NCBI RefSeq assembly: GCF_018350175.1
Contig: NC_058368.1
Location: 106,642,001-106,706,000, forward strand
DNA from: Felis catus
Lineage: Eukaryota
Length of the DNA stretch: 64,000 nucleotides
Direction of reading: 5' to 3'
Each line of letters opens with the position of its first letter. The first letter of the stretch is position 1. Below, piece after piece: positions 61,605-64,000 of this stretch. Below the pieces are notes generated by a model. That model was not told the origin of the DNA and ran no database searches. It worked only from the letters and a program-made list of their open reading frames with translations. Both the position numbers and the translations under genes were made by a program.

Positions 61605-63854
61605 GTAATGCCTTCTCCTGAAAGGGGTTTAACAAATATGCAATGTGAGATGAATACACTAAATTGTTTTTCTTCCTTTTCTTCCATCTGTCCATCCGTC
61701 TGTCCCTCTGTTCATCCATCACTCTTCTGGTTTTATACTTGCTCAAAATGTGGAGTCTCTTCGGTTAATAACAATTAAACGTATCTATTTTAGACTTCTC
61801 TTTTAGTTTTCTACAAAGTACTACATTTTAATGTCAAAACATGGAAATTCACAAGGATTCAGAGATTAATACATAACATGCATCTCTCTTGAATTGTGAA
61901 GTGTTCCTTGTAGTATACTATTCACCTCATTGGCACAGAAATGATACCGAGAGAATTCGAGATCTTCTGAAACTGAATACTGTGAGCTCATGGCCTTATT
62001 TTAGTCCACCTCTTTGAGAACATCATAGCTATCTCTTTACTTTGACCAGATGCCTCTTTTACTTCTTTCTTCTTTTTCTTTTTCTTTTTTTTTCTGTTTG
62101 ACCCAAGTAAAAATCATTTGGAGGTTAAAATTAACAGTGTAATAAGAGGAAGGGTAAAGATTTATTTCTTCGAATTTGCTCTCAGTATCAAAATACCTTA
62201 AATCTGGACTTTTCAGAAGCTCATAAACATTTCCAGCCATCAAATCCTAGTCTCTGTTTGTTTGTCTGCCAGTTCTTCACAGAAATAAAATGGGGCTGAC
62301 TGTTTTGTCTGCTTTCTTACTTCCTTTGGCAGAGGTCTGTGTGTTAGCAGGAACGGTAAGGAAAATGAATGATTTCTATTATGTAAGGAAGACCTGAAAG
62401 CCATAGCCAGCTTTCAAAAAATAATTAGAAGTGTCCCTAGGAAAAATTTTTACACATCTAATCCAGACATCTCAGTGACTATTCACTGATACAAGAAATA
62501 TTTCCAGTTAGGATCTGAGGAAATAGGAATTTATTGAAGAAGTTTTGGTGTAAAGACATAAAAACTTGACTTGCACATTTAAAATTAGGTGTGAGTGTGG
62601 TTACTGCCAAGATACCAAATCTAAAATTGGTTATGGTATTTGAGGCTAGTTTAGGTATATGACTTGTGACAGTCAGTAACATTTGCAGAGGTGATAGGAT
62701 GTTCATATCATTGCTCGTTTGGGGTGTTCAGATTCAGAAAGAATTGTAATATATTTCTGTTTAAATATATTTATCTCAAATTAATGTGTGACTTCTGTTT
62801 CCCTCGTGAAAGCTCACGGTATCAGTCTGAATGGGAATCATCTTCAAAAGGGCCTAAGTGCACCTACCTCTGGGCCGCACTATTTGCTGTACATGATCGA
62901 GCCAATTTAAGTGAAACGCATCCTTCTTCTCTCTTCTAAGAAATACAGGCACAAAGGAGATAAAACTGCTCAACAGAAGTCATAGCATTATGAACAAGCC
63001 AAAGAAAGGCTCTTGTGTTGAGGAATGATAGCAACAACTTGGATTTAGTCCATTTAAGGAAATTGTCTTGTATGGGTTATACTAAATATCTGCACTGTGC
63101 AACTTTCAAATCGTAGTCACCTCCAGCTGTTCTAATTACTCATGTACAGGATGACACAAAGAAAGCTTTGTGTGCTATGGTCCACAGAGAAAAGATTTCT
63201 AGAAAATTCTTAATTTTAATAGTTTTATAAGGCACAAATACACAGTTCATGTTTGAGAAACATTGCTCATAAGGTTTCTATTTTTTTTTTTTTTTTAAGG
63301 CATGACTGTTCTGTATCATTTGACCTATTTAGGTCAAGCACTTACAGGCACGGAGTGTCAAACTATCGGTTGGGTGATCTACTGAGTATGCCTACTTTCA
63401 GACTTTTTAAAGGTCCAGAATTGAGAAAATGGTTTTAAAATTAGCAGTGTGTGCAATAAAGCCTTCATTTACTTATACCAATATGTCTAATTGTAGCTCT
63501 TCCCTTATGACTTCAGGCTGATGTATTAACATATTAAACACATGATTCAACTTTGTATAATTCGACTTTGCCTTTGTGCAATGGAATCAGAAAGTTTCCG
63601 TGTATTCACATTGATCTTTGCGCTGTTTCCCCTTCCTCCTTTTAATGCCTTAGGTATAGTATGTTGCTGTGTATTGACTTCATGAATATCTTTTCTGAAC
63701 AGGAAACTTCATACTTTAGCATGACTTTGTTGTGTTCTTCTATGAAAACATAATATAGAGAAGGCACATGAGATTGAGAGCCAGAGGCCCCACTGGGCTC
63801 AAGGCATAGCTTCACTTTCACTCCTGCTAGGTACTCTTTTTCCATTCCCTTAAA

Positions 63855-64000
63855 CTTTTTTTTTTTAATTTTAGTGTGGTTGACTTATAGTGTTATACTA
63901 GTTCCAAGTGTACCACATAGTGATTTGGCAACCTGTACATTATTCAGTGCTCACCACAATAAGTGGAGTTACCATCTCTCACGCTGCAAAGCCAGTACAG
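63855..64000 (-). mobile_element. L1 3'-end fragment (runs off the window)
   Basis: T tract followed by gtgtggttgacttatagtgttatactagttccaagtgtaccacatagtgatt. Confidence 0.7.

Noticed and set aside
1..64000. A novel multi-gene biological system
   Set aside because: Only one protein-coding gene (ADAMTS19, partial) is supportable; the rest is known repeat classes or featureless intronic/intergenic DNA.

Overview
Mammalian genomic DNA, almost certainly felid given the dense SINEC_Fc-type Can-SINEs. It contains the 5' end of ADAMTS19 on the + strand: a CpG-island promoter, coding exon 1 (14637-14709, signal peptide), exon 2 (15338-15996, Pro/Gly-rich prodomain), a 45.4-kb intron 2 and exon 3 (61439-61604, furin-type RQKR site). 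The gene continues past the window end. The rest is mostly transposon-derived: about 28 Can-SINEs, old and carnivore L1 fragments, a nested two-LTR MaLR (MLT1) element, DNA-transposon relics (Tigger3, Tigger13-like, MER20, MER5, MADE2), a U6 retropseudogene and microsatellites. I found no prokaryote-type or clearly new multi-gene system. The most notable unexplained signals are (i) a 224-codon +1-frame ORF in the spliced ADAMTS19 mRNA, starting at the next AUG after the main start and stopping at a TGA formed by the exon 2/3 junction, (ii) a candidate upstream non-coding exon in the promoter, and (iii) overlapping palindromes in a compound microsatellite at 21.6 kb. Repeat family names and human comparisons are from memory, and repeat boundaries are approximate.
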